Source: Macrostomum lignano (taxonomy: Eukaryota). Taken from it: a stretch of 64,000 nt of DNA. The stretch covers positions 231,302 to 295,301 of the forward strand of contig NIVC01001281.1 of NCBI GenBank assembly GCA_002269645.1. The letters run 5' to 3'. Numbering within the stretch: the stretch's first letter is position 1; every line of letters begins with the position of its first letter. A program made the translations under genes and the position numbers. Below, piece by piece: positions 13,879-26,210 of this stretch. The notes below the pieces were generated by a model, which made no database searches, was not told the DNA's origin, and worked only from the letters and a program-made list of their open reading frames with translations.

Positions 13879-15341
13879 CCAGATGCTGCACTTTTGTAGC
13901 ATGGCTTTGTTTCTTAACTACAGATGAACAATTTTTAGAGCTTATTAAAAAGTTATAGAAGCCCCTTGGCCTTGGCAGTCAACTTACTTGAGTATATTAG
14001 AATAAAAAAGGCTTCTATCACAAAACAAAAACATTAATTTTGTATAGTCAGAGACAAAAAATAAGCCCCCAATTTTTTATATTTTCTTAGTAGTTTTAGT
14101 TGTTCCTGATATATAACAGAGATGATAAACCAAATGAAATTAAATACTTTACTTTAGTTAGTTAGATGATATTGATAGGTCTAGAATTCTGCCATAGTTA
14201 TACATTGATATGGCCATAAGAAGTTGAGGATAATATTATAAAAATAATTGTATTACCTTTTTGTAATCTACATGATACAAAATCGTTAATGAAGTGATCA
14301 CAAAATGAATACCCTCTTCATTTTCATTATCATATCAGATTCTACATTTGCCAAATTTACTATTTAAGGGATCATATTATGAAAATGAATATTTAGTGTG
14401 GCTTCTCATTGATTTGTATTTTTAATTATTTAATTTCATTATGATAAAGTGAAGACTGACCTTGCTTTGACTTTTTTAATGGGGATCTAATAATAAATCA
14501 ATGGCAATGCATCAACTAGGTGCAAGAGGATCATATCATATAACAAAACAGTGCAACAAAGGGGATTGCATAATAAAAGAATGCCAAAATCCTTTGCTAA
14601 AGTTTATTGATATTATAAAATTTTAACCTTATGAAGTGTTACTAGAGTTTTCAATGTGAAATTTTGACCTTGTGAAAATACTGTATTAAATAGTAAAAAT
14701 AAATGAATATTGCTAGTTTTAAAGCTTTAAGTGCCTAGGGTTGGGGTCTTATGCAATAGATTTTTATCTCCTATAAGCATTGTGTAGATATACTTTGTCT
14801 TTACCACTAAGTTAGTAGAGTAGTTTTTGAAGTACTACTATCAAAATAATTTTGAAGGTAAGCCTAGTGGAGGCTAGATTGAGATTTTTTATTTTAAATG
14901 CAAGGAGAATTATTAGGTTCTGTGAACAGGGATTTATGGGGCCAAAGGGGTAGCTTCTCTCTTTGATAGACATGAAAAAATGAGAGAATCAAGTTAATTT
15001 TTGCAAGAATATAATGCCACCTCTTTTATTACCCCAGACCCTAGAATATAAAATATGATAATCAAAAAAGCCTTTTGGTGTTAATTATAGAACAATGGTA
15101 GCTTTTACAATATTTACTCTTAAGCAACTTATAAAAGTTCCAATCCAATATTAAAACTGTATAATTTAGTTAGAGTTTAGTAATTATTGCAGAAATGGCT
15201 AAAACTTGATTAGCTGCTTTGATAGATAATTGGCTGTTTATAAATATTTATCCATACAATTATAATTACAAATTCAAGCTACAAAAAATCAATTTAAAAA
15301 ACCTTTATGGATTACAAATCCATGCTTTGCAGCAAAAAGCC

Positions 15342-17455
15342 ATGTATTACTTGAGGATCCTATTCTCATTGGTGTTTCCTTTCTTTGTTGCCAAGGCTGG
15401 GTTAAAGAAGAAATTGCTATCTATTTCTGGAGCATTGCTAGGTGAGCTGAGTTGTGCTGAGAGTCTAAGAGTCTTAGTGGAAAAAACAAAGCTGAAAAAC
15501 GCCAATCTCACTAGGATAGTTCTGGAATGCAAGTTGCAGACTTACATGGGGAGGTTGCAATTGCCAGAGGCAGCTGCTGTGAAGCACTGCAGCCTTCCAG
15601 CTCCAAGGCCTTGGTCTGTCAGTCAGTTGGCAATCTGCAGGCCTCAGAGCCTCCCCACCTACTGTTTCAGGCTATGCCATTGGCGCCCTGCTGGCCTACG
15701 CCAACGCTTGCTATGTGGCAGCCCTGCTGGCCTTCTTCGCCTCCGGCTCCTATGTGACCCGCCTGGGCGCCCATCGGAAGGTCCGTCTGGAGGCCGACTT
15801 TGAGCAGGGCGCGCAGCGCAACTGGATACAGGTTTGTGTGAGCCTGAGTTGATGTTTGTTGCCAAGAAACCGGCTCCCTAAGCCTAAACAAATTATCACG
15901 ATATTCGCTGAGCTTACGTTCCATCCTTGGAGCAAACGATCGCACGTGGCAGAGTGGCCTGACCTCTCTCCTGAATTCATCCCGGACTGCCCCGACTTCC
16001 CCCTCCCTTCACGCAGGTCCTCTGCAACGGCGTTGCCGCGGCCCTGTGCGCCGTCGCCTACCTCGCCTTCGCCTCGCCGCCGCGACCCGAGCTGCCAATC
16101 GACCTCGCCCGCTACCCGTCGCCTTCTTACGTCTCCCTGGCCCTGCTGGCCGCCCTGGCCGCCTGCTGCGGCGACACCTGGGCCTCCGAGGTCGGCGCCG
16201 CTTTCGCCTGGGGCCAGCCGCGCCTCATCATCGGCCTTCGCCGAGTCCCGCCGGGCACCAACGGCGGCGTCTCCCTGGTCGGAACGGCGGCCAGCTGCGC
16301 CGGCGGCGGCATTGTCGGCGTCGCCTACTGGCTGGCCGTCTGCGCCGCCGTGCCCGCCGACGACCTGATAGCCGCGCCGCCACAGCTGCCGCTCCTGCTG
16401 GCCGCCGGTGCCGCCGCCGGCTTCATCGGCTCGCTGGTGGACTCGCTGCTGGGCGCCACCCTGCAGTACTCAGGTGAGTTTAGCTCAGCTGAGATCTGGT
16501 GTATTACCTGTCTGCTCATCTCCTTGGCCACCTCGCACCCTTGGCATCCTCATTAGCGTCCCTTGACATCCTCATTGGCGCCCCTTGACATCCTCATTAG
16601 CGCCCCTTGACATCCTCATTAGCGTCCCTTGGCACCTCATTGTTGGTCCTTGACATCCTCATTAGCGCCCCTTGACATCCTCATTAGCGCCCCTTGACAT
16701 CCTCATTAGCGCCCCTTGACATCCTCATTAGCGCCCCTTGGCACCTCATTGTTGGTCCTTGACATCCTCATTAGCGTCCCTTGACATCCTCATTAGCGCC
16801 CCTTGACATCCTCATTAGCGCCCCTTGGCACCTCATTGTTGGTCCTTGACATCCTCATTAGCGCCCCTTGACATCCTCATTAGCGCCCCTTGGCACCTCA
16901 TTGTTGGTCCTTGACATCCTCATTAGCGCCCCTTGACATCCTCATTAGCGCCCCTTGGCACCTCATTGTTGGTCCTTGACATCCTCATTAGCGCCCCTTG
17001 GCACCTCATTGTTGGTCCTTGACATCCTCATTAGCGCCCCTTGACATCCTCATTAGCGTCCCTTGGCACCTCATTGTTGGTCCTTGACATCCTCATTAGC
17101 GTCCCTTGACATCCTCATTAGCGTCCCTTGGCACCTCATTGTTGGCCCTTGACATCCTCATTAGCGCCCCTTGACATCCTCATTAGCGCCCCTTGACATC
17201 CTCATTGGCGCCCCTTGACATCCTCATTAGCGCCCCTTGGCACCCATTGTTGGCCCTTGGCATTCAGTGGCGCCCCTTCGCTTCCCAGGCTTCGACATCG
17301 ACACGGGGCTGGTGACGGAGCACCCCGGGCCGCGAATCCGCCACATCAGCGGCTGCCGGGTGCTGAACAATCACCTGGTTAACCTGCTGTCATCCGTTAT
17401 CACCTGCCTGCTGCTGCCCCGACTGGCTTTGGCAGCGACGCCTTGGCTGCTGTGA
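15342..17455 (+). CDS. TMEM19: Transmembrane protein 19 (DUF92 family), 4 exons
   Basis: Exons 15342-15441, 15671-15831, 16017-16473, 17289-17455. Motifs: QRNWIQVLCNG, GDTWASEVG, VPPGTNGGVS, GSLVDSLLGATLQYSG, LNNHLVNLLSS. AATAAA at 17552. Confidence 0.93.
16545..17245. repeat. ~22-bp two-variant minisatellite (TMEM19 intron 3)
   Basis: GCGCCCCTTGACATCCTCATTA alternating with GGCACCTCATTGTTGGTCCTT. Confidence 0.9.
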
Positions 17456-17774
17456 GCACCTGCCGATGTCAATCCAGGGCTCCTGATCACTGATTTCCAG
17501 CTGTTCTGTACATGCCTAATTGCCGCCACTGATATAATCCGCTATACTAAAAATAAAGCCAACTTTGCCAGATAATTCCGTATCTTGATGATAAAATTCA
17601 ACTGCCATTGGTTTCCAAATATACTGCTGCATTTTTAATGGGAGTAAGTTTACAATAGTGAATGATGACTGTTTGATTCTTTTGTTAGGGAACAATTGAC
17701 AAGCTTTGTTGCTCCTTTATAGTTTTAGATTTATTCTAAGTTATACTAGTTATAGCCAGTGTGACACAGCCATT

Positions 17775-18527
17775 AGTGACACTGTCATTAGTATCACACA
17801 GCTATTAATGTGACACTGTCATTAGTATCACACAGCTATTAATGTGACACTGTCATTAGTATCACGCACCCATTAGTGTGACACTGTCATTAGTATCACG
17901 CAGCCATTAGTGTGACACTGTCATTAGTATCACACAGCCATTAGTGTGACACTGTCATTAGTATCACGCACCCATTAGTGTGACACTGTCATTAGTATCA
18001 TACAGCCAGTATCACACAGCCAGTATCACACAGTCAGTATCACACAGTCAGTATCACACAGTCAGTATCACACAGTCAGTATCACATAGCCAGTATCACA
18101 CAGCCAGTATCACACAGTCAGTATCACATAGCCAGTATCACACAGCCAGTATCACACAGTCAGTATCACACAGTCAGTATCACATAGCCAGTATCACACA
18201 GTCAGTATCACACAGCCAGTATCACACAGCCAGTATCACACAGTCAGTATCACATAGCCAGTATCACACAGCCAGTATCACACAGCCAGTATCACACAGT
18301 CAGTATCACACAGCCAGTATCACACAGTCAGTATCACATAGCCAGTATCACACAGCCAGTATCACACAGCCAGTATCACACAGCCAGTATCACACAGCCA
18401 GTATCACACAGCCAGTATCACACAGCCAGTATCACACAGTCAGTATCACACAGCCAGTATCACACAGCCAGTATCACACAGTCAGTATCACACAGCCAGT
18501 ATCACACAGCCAGTATCACACAGCCAG
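17775..18527. repeat. 34-bp then 14-bp tandem arrays between TMEM19 and LIG3
   Basis: GTGACACTGTCATTAGTATCACGCAGCCATTAGT, then CAGCCAGTATCACA. Confidence 0.9.
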
Positions 18528-18645
18528 TGTCGCATATTAATCATACAACACTGGCCTCATCCCTGTCCGCCCCCCCCCCCTCTCAGCGCATTGTCCCGTC
18601 CGCGGCCGCCAGCAGCGCCCCATCAGCGAAAGCAGCAACCAGGCA

Positions 18646-20838
18646 ATGTCCAACGTCGGCAGCTTCGGCTGCGAGTACGCCAAGCGCGGCACGGCCGGCT
18701 GCAAGCAGTGCAAGCAGAAGATCGACAAGGAAACCCTGCGCCTCTGCAAGGTGGCCGCCAACCCGTTCTCGTCCGAGGGCGGCGAGATGAAGATGTGGTA
18801 CCACGCCGGCTGCCTGTTCTCCACGTTCGAGCGGGCCCGCGCCACCACGCGGGTTGTGGAGTCGCTGGACGATTTGGACGGCGCCGAATCGCTGCAGGAC
18901 GCCGATAAGAAGCTGCTGCAGCGCCTCATCGACGATCTCGCCGAGAAGCGACGCAACAAAGCGGCCGGCGGCGCCAGGGCGTCACCGAAGAAGCTGGTGC
19001 AGACCACCCTGCCCGTCAGCCCCGCTGGCAAGGCCTCCGCCGGAGCCTCCGCTGCCGCCTCCTCTGCCGCCGCCTCTGCCGCCGCCTCGACCTCGCCAAC
19101 CCGAGCGCCGCTGTCGATGGCCGGTCCAGGCGACTCGCCCGAAGACGCTGCCAAGGACAACGCGTTTCGCACCTTCCGCAAACTCGTGGCCGAAATTGCG
19201 GACCGGCCGGGCTATTCGGACAAGACCCGGGTGCTGGCCGAGTTTCTAGCCAAGTAAAATGGCCTGACTCTGGTGCTTCCCTCTGGCTGCTTCTTAGTCA
19301 ACCCAGTGTCCCCCAGTGAGTCACTGCTGACCCACCCCCGTGTCCCCCAGTGAGTCACTGCTGACCCACCCCCGTGTCCCCCAGTGAGTCACTGCTGACC
19401 CACCCCAGTGTCCCCCAGTGAGTCACTGCTGACCCACCCAGTGTCCCCCAGTGAGTCACTGCTGACCCACCCAGTGTCCTTCAGTGAGTCACTGCTGACC
19501 CACCCCAGTGTCCCCCAGTGAGTCACTGCTGACCCACCCCAGTGTCCCCCAGTGAGTCACTGCTGACCCACCCAGTGTCCCCCAGTGAGTCACTGCTGAC
19601 CCACCCCAGTGTCCTTCAGTGAGTCACTGCTGACCCACCCCAGTGTCCTTCAGTGAGTCACTGCTGACCCACCCCAGTGTCCTTCAGTGAGTCACTGCTG
19701 ACCCACCCCAGTGTCCTTCAGTGAGTCACTGCTGACCCACCCCAGTGTCCTTCAGTGAGTCACTGCTGACCCACCCCAGTGTCCCCCAGTGAGTCACTGA
19801 TGACCCACCCCAGTGTCCCCCAGTGAGTCACTGCTGACCCACCCCAGTGTCCTTCAGTGAGTCACTGCTGACCCACCCCAGTGTCCTTCAGTGAGTCACT
19901 GCTGACCCACCCCAGTGTCCCCCAGTGAGTCACTGCTGACCCACCCCAGTGTCCCCCAGTGAGTCACTGCTGACCCACCCCAGTGTCCCCCAGTGAGTCA
20001 CTGCTGACCCACCCCAGTGTCCCCCAGTGAGTCACTGCTGACCCACCCCAGTGTCCTTCAGTGAGTCACTGCTGACCCACCCCAGTGTCCCCCAGTGAGT
20101 CACTGCTGACCCACCCCAGTGTCCTTCAGTGAGTCACTGCTGACCCACCCCAGTGTCCCCCAGTGAGTCAGTGCTGACCCACCCCAGTGTCCCCCAGTGA
20201 GTCACTGCTGACCCACCCCAGTGTCCTTCAGTGAGTCACTGCTGACCCATCCCAGCTAAGCCATCAACTCTGCCGCGCCAAATTTTTTCGCAGAGGCTCC
20301 ACGGGCGGCGGCTTCAAAGGCGACCTGAGCCTGCTAATTCGCCTGCTGCTGCCGGGCGTTGAACGCCGCGTCTACAACGTGAAGGATCGCCAGCTGCTGA
20401 AGATCTTCAGCGGCATCCTCGGCGCGCCCATTGACGCGATGCAGGTGGGAGAGACCGGCTCCCGCGTTTTCTGGTGCAGCTGGCAATCCAAGCCGCTCGC
20501 TGTTGACTGAGTCGCCCGTTCTCTCCCAAATGTCTTTCAGGAACTGCTCAACTCCAATGGCGACATCGCCGAGACAGTCGGCATCGAGTTCGACAAGCGG
20601 GGCAGCGGCGCCGCCAAGAGCAGTCTGAGTATGCAGGAGGTGGACGCCTTCCTGGACCGGCTGGCCGGCCTTAGCCGCGAGGACGACCAGGGCGCCGCCT
20701 TCAAGCAGCTGGCCGCCAAGTGAGACAGACAGACAGACAGACAGACAGGCAGACAGACAGACAGACAGACAGGCAGACAGACAGACAGACAGACAGGCAG
20801 ACAGACAGACAGACAGACAGGCAGACAGACAGAAAGGC

Positions 20839-20895
<57 letters not shown>

Positions 20896-20970
20896 GGCAG
20901 ACAGACAGAAAGGCAGACAGACAGACAGACAGAAAGGCAGTCAGACAGACAGACAGACAGACAGAAAGGC

Positions 20971-21019
<49 letters not shown>

Positions 21020-21098
21020 GGCAGACAGACAGACAGGCAGACAGACAGACAGACAGACAGACAGACAGGCAGACAGACAGACAGACAGACAGAAAGGC

Positions 21099-21149
<51 letters not shown>

Positions 21150-21242
21150 AAGGCAGACAGACAGACAGACAGAAAGGCAGACAGACAGACAGACAGAAAG
21201 GCAGTCAGACAGACAGACAGACAGACAGACAGAAAGGCAGTC

Positions 21243-21281
<39 letters not shown>

Positions 21282-21402
21282 AAGGCAGGCAGACAGACAG
21301 ACAGACAGACAGGCAGGCAGACAGACAGACAGACAGAAAGGCAGACAGACAGACAGGCAGGCAGGCAGACAGACAGACAGACAGGCAGACAGACAGACAG
21401 CC

Positions 21403-21445
<43 letters not shown>

Positions 21446-24432
21446 AAGGCAGGCAGTCAGACAGACAGACAGACAGACAGACAGAAAGGCAGGCAGACAG
21501 ACAGACAGACAGGCAGGCAGACAGACAGACAGACAGAAAGGCAGGCAGACAGACAGACAGACAGGCAGGCAGGCAGGCAGGCAGACAGACAGACAGGCAG
21601 GCAGGCAGGCAGGCAGGCAGAAAGGCAGAAAGGCAGGCAGGCAGACAGACGCATAGCAGTCCCATCACTGTGTCACAGCAGCCAACTGCTCCCCTCCACC
21701 CAGGTGCACCGGCAACGACCTGCGCATGGTGCTGCGTCTGGTGCGCCACGACTTGCGCATGAACGCCGGTTCCAAGCACATCCTGGACGCCATCGACCCC
21801 AACGCTTACGCGGCCTTCCAGGCCTCCAGGAACCTGCACGACGTGCTCCAGCGAGCTCTGGCCGCCAAGGCCAGCCCCGTGAAGCGGAACCTCAGCGTCC
21901 GGGCCGCTCTCATGACGCCCGTCCTGCCAATGCTGGCCGAGGCCTGCCGCTCCGTTGAACACGTGAGATTTGATTTGAGTCACACTGGCAGCTGTGTGAT
22001 GGCTGAGATCTGTGAGATTTGAGTCACACTGGCAGCTGTGTGATGGCTGAGATCATTGAGATTTGAGTCACACTGGCAGCTGTGTGATGGCTGAGATCAG
22101 TGAGATTTGAGTCACACTGGCAGCTGTGTGATGGCTGAGATCATTGAGATTTGAGTCACACTGGCAGCTGTGTGATGGCTGAGATCTGTGAGATTTGAGT
22201 CACACTGGCAGCTGTGTGATGGCTGAGATTTGTGAGATTTGAGTCAGGATGGCAGCTGTGTGATGGCTGAGATTTGTGAGATTTGAGTCAGGATGGCAGC
22301 TGTGTGATGGCTGAGATTTGTGAGATTTGAGTCAGGATGGCAGCTGTGTGATGGCTGAGATCTGTGAGATGTGAGATTTGAGTCACACTGGCAGCTGTGT
22401 GATGGCTGAGATCAGTGAGATCAGCTGAGATCGGCGCTCACCCCTCCCTCAGGCCATGCGCCGCTGCCCGAACGGGTTCTACGCGGAGATAAAGTACGAT
22501 GGAGAGCGGGTGCAGGTTCACAAGCAGGGCCAGCAGTTCTCCTACTTCAGCCGCTCGCTCAAGCCTGTGCAGCCGCACAAGGTAAGTAGCCAGGTATTTG
22601 TCAAGTACTTGCGTGTCAGTCACTGCCAGCCCCTGCAAGCCGAACTGCTATCCCCATTCTCCAACTCGCAGGTGGCCCACCTGAAGGAGTTCATTCCGCG
22701 CGCCTTCCCCGGCGGCGACAATCTGATTGTGGACGCCGAGGTGCTGCTCATGGACACCAAGACCGACAAGCCGCTGCCGTTTGGCACCCTCGGCGTGCAC
22801 AAAAAGGAGGCCTTTAAAGATGCCACCGTCTGTCTGTTTGTGTTCGACTGTCTGCAGTTTAACAATGACAATCTGATGCTGCGGCCTCTGAAGGAACGGA
22901 GAGAGGTGCGTTGGATACAAAGCTTTGCTTCTCTTCTACTAAGTACTCGCGTACGTAAGCTTTCGTGTGCTTAGGTACTCGCGTACGTAAGTTCTCGTGT
23001 GCGTAAGTACATGTACTCGCGTACATAAGTTTTTCTGTACTCAAGTACTTGCGTACGTAAGTTATCGCGTACGTAAGTTCTCGTGTACTTAAGTACTTGC
23101 GTACGTAAGTTCTCATGTACTTAAGTACTCGCATACTAAAGCTCTTGAGTACTTTTACGATTAAATAGTATCTGTCGGATCACTTGCAACCAGGTTCTGG
23201 AGCGCAGCATGCAGGAGGTGAAGCATCGAGTCCACCTGTCTGAGGCCGAGCTCATCCGCAGTCCGGCGCCTCTGGAACGCCTGCTGAAGCGCGTCTTCAA
23301 CGAGGGTCTCGAAGGCCTGGTGCTGAAGTCGTTGGACGGCGTCTACGAGCCCGGCAAGCGGCACTGGCTGAAGATGAAGAAGGACTACCTGCACGACGGA
23401 GCCATGGCGGACTCCGCCGACCTGGTGGTGCTGGGCGGCTACTACGGCACCGGCAGCAAAGGCGGCCAGCTGTCCATCTTCCTCATGGGCTGCCACGACG
23501 GCGAGGGCACCTGGCGAACCGTCTGCAAGTGTGCCAACGGCTTCGATGATGCCACGGTAGCCAAACTGCAGAAGTCCATCGACTGGGTCAAGTGAGCTGA
23601 TGGTCTTTGTTGTGAATGCCAGCTGGTCACGTGATTAGTGATTCCAGACCCATACCGGGAGCTGCTACCTGGTCACGTGATCAGTGATCCCAGACCCATA
23701 CCCTGAGCTGCTAGCTGGTCACGTGATCAGTGATCCCAGTAATGGTCACGTGACGCGGCTTTGCCCCTCCCCCGCAGGTACGACCGCCGCTCGCCGCCCA
23801 GCTGGCTTCGCTGCAGCAGCGGCCTCCTGCCCGACTGCCTGGTGCGCGACCCGAAGGCCTCCCCGGTGTGGGAGATCACTGGCGCCGAGTTCTCGCACTC
23901 CTCGCAGCACACGGCCGGCGGCGTTGGCATCCGGTTCCCCCGCGTCACGAAGGTCCGCGACGACAAGACCTGGCGGGAGGCCACCAACCTCCAGAGGCTG
24001 CAGAAACTCGCCGCCGAGTCCAAGCGCTTCACTGGCGACGCCGGCGGCGATGGCGGCGACGACGATGACGAGGACGACGGCGAAGCTGCGGCCGCCCCGC
24101 CGCCGAAGAAGGCGCCAGCCGGCAGGAAGCTGGCGAAGTCGGCGGAGGCCTCGTCGTCGTCGCCGCCGAAGCGGCAGCGGCTGCAGCTGCCCGACGCGCT
24201 GAAGTCGGCACGGATCTGCTTCGCCGCCGAGGTGCCGCCGGCCGAACGGCGCGAACTCGAGCGCCTCGTCTTCGCCTACGATGGCGACGTGGTTGACGAA
24301 GCGGCTGACGCCACCCACCTTGTGCGGCCGGACGGCGCCGCGGCCGGCGACTCGGCGCCCGGGGTGGCCGTTGGCAGCGTCAGCTGGCTCAGGCGGTGCC
24401 TGGCCGCGCGGCGGCTCCTGCCGGTCACGTGA
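18646..24432 (+). CDS. LIG3: DNA ligase III (PARP-type zinc finger, DBD, adenylation, OB and BRCT domains), 8 exons
   Basis: Exons 18646-19253, 20294-20444, 20541-20719, 21704-21962, 22453-22581, 22672-22905, 23194-23591, 23778-24432, phase-consistent. ZnF EYAKRGTAGCKQCKQKI...WYHAGC; catalytic EIKYDGER; EGLVLK, YEPGKRHWLKMKKDYL, DLVVLGGYYG, IRFPR; C-terminal BRCT-like segment ending SWLRRCL. Confidence 0.96.
19300..20255. repeat. 34-bp minisatellite (LIG3 intron 1)
   Basis: CAGTGAGTCACTGCTGACCCACCCCAGTGTCCCC tandem. Confidence 0.95.
20722..21650. repeat. (CAGA)n/(CAGG)n microsatellite (LIG3 intron 3)
   Basis: About 930 bp, starting immediately after the donor. Confidence 0.95.
21966..22430. 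repeat. 44-bp minisatellite (LIG3 intron 4)
   Basis: GAGATTTGAGTCACACTGGCAGCTGTGTGATGGCTGAGATCTGT tandem. Confidence 0.93.
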
Positions 24433-25004
24433 CCCAGTAATTGTTAAACACCTGTGTAGACTATTTTAATTAACCCTTACTATAGTTTGCTGTCGTTTGC
24501 GTTGGCCTCTCTTTCCTGGGCTATTATTATTAATCCTTGCACCACAGGCGTGCTCGAACCACCGCTGCTCTGTGACTCGTCTGTTTTATTTGTAGTTGAA
24601 TTTGTTTTTATTACTTTTTACTCTGTGTTGGCCAGTCCTTTACTCAGTATAGCCGCACTACTCATTTTATTCATATAAGTAGTATGCATGTATATCGTGT
24701 ATGCCAGTGCCTTTTTATTGTCGCTAAATGAGTAGATAGTTCTACTATAATCATCCAATAGCTTAATTCATTTCAACTCTGTCCATGACAAAGAATCTTT
24801 CTTAATTGGCTCTCGTGCACCGATTTCCAAATGTTAAATACAATTATTTATGTACTTTTATGTGCACAGACTCCTGCATCAGATTACATTCCGCACATTA
24901 AAAAGCAACTGACTTAGCGTCCGTTCTTCTTTCGTCTTTTTCTTTCTGGGAGATTCCAAACGCCAGCTTAAGGGCACGACCCGATTTTGTTCGAGTTTTG
25001 TTTC

Positions 25005-25850
25005 CATCTTCACACTCAGTAACACGTGTGAGAGGCCTTACCGCAGCTTCACACTCTCAGTCACACGGGTGAGAGGCCTTACCGCAGCTTCACACTCTCT
25101 CAGTCACACGGGTGAGAGGCCTTACCGCAGATTCACACTCTCAGTCACACGGGTGAGAGGCCTTACCGCAGATTCACACTCTCAGTCACACGGGTGAGAG
25201 GCCTTACCGCAGATTCACACTCTCAGTCACACGGGTGAGAGGCCTTACCGCAGATTCACACTCTCAGTAACACGTGTGAGAGGCCTTACCGCAGCTTCAC
25301 ACTCTCAGTCACACGGGTGAGAGGCCTTACCGCAGCTTCACACTCTCTCAGTCACACGGGTGAGAGGCCTTACCGCAGATTCACACTCTCAGTCACACGG
25401 GTGAAAGGCCTTACCGCAGATTCACACTCTCAGTCACACGGGTGAGAGGCCTTACCGCAGCTTCACACTCTCTCAGTCACACGGGTGAAAGGCCTTACCG
25501 CAGATTCACACTCTCAGTCACACGGGTGAGAGGCCTTACCGCAGCTTCACACTCTCTCAGTCACACGGGTGAGAGGCCTTACCGCAGATTCACACTCTCA
25601 GTCACACGGGTGAGAGGCCTTACCGCAGCTTCACACTCTCAGTCACACGGGTGAGAGGCCTTACCGCAGATTCACACTCTCAGTCACACGGGTGAGAGGC
25701 CTTACCGCAGCTTCACACTCTCAGTCACACGGGTGAGAGGCCTTACCGCAAATCAACACTCTCGCAGTCACACGTTTGCGAGTTTGCGACCGCAGATTCG
25801 AGCTGCGCCATCAGCGCAAGCTGCATTAGAGGCTGCACACAGGTGACAAG
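25005..25850 (+). repeat. 41-43-bp minisatellite encoding HTGERPY, abutting a decayed C2H2 finger
   Basis: Unit CACACGGGTGAGAGGCCTTACCGCAG(A/C)TTCACACTCTCAGT; downstream CDRRFELRHQRKLH*RLHTGDK at 25785-25850. Confidence 0.85.
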
Positions 25851-26210
25851 AAGAGACCTGCGAACTTTGCGGAATGAATACAGTTTTGCCTAGTCTTTCA
25901 AAATTAATTGCACTTGCAAAATGACATGTTTGACTTGTACTTTTAATAGTGTGTGCTACAATAATTCATTCGGTGTTGCATCGTGAATATCGATTTCAAG
26001 GACCTTTAGAAGTTATTGTTGTATCATGGATTGTTGTATCATGGACGGTACAACGGTAACTTCCATATTCTGTGGTAACTTCTAGTGGTCCTTGATTAAT
26101 CAATCAACTTATTTGTCGTCGGATTTAATATGCGGATACTAGCGAGGTCTATCTAATTTCTATGTCGATAAGCACAACTTTAATTATATTCAAATTGAGC
26201 CACGTGCAGA

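Noticed and set aside
20334-21983. 549-aa and 412-aa ORFs (SVCL / QTDR)
   Set aside because: Translations of the (CAGA)n microsatellite in a LIG3 intron.
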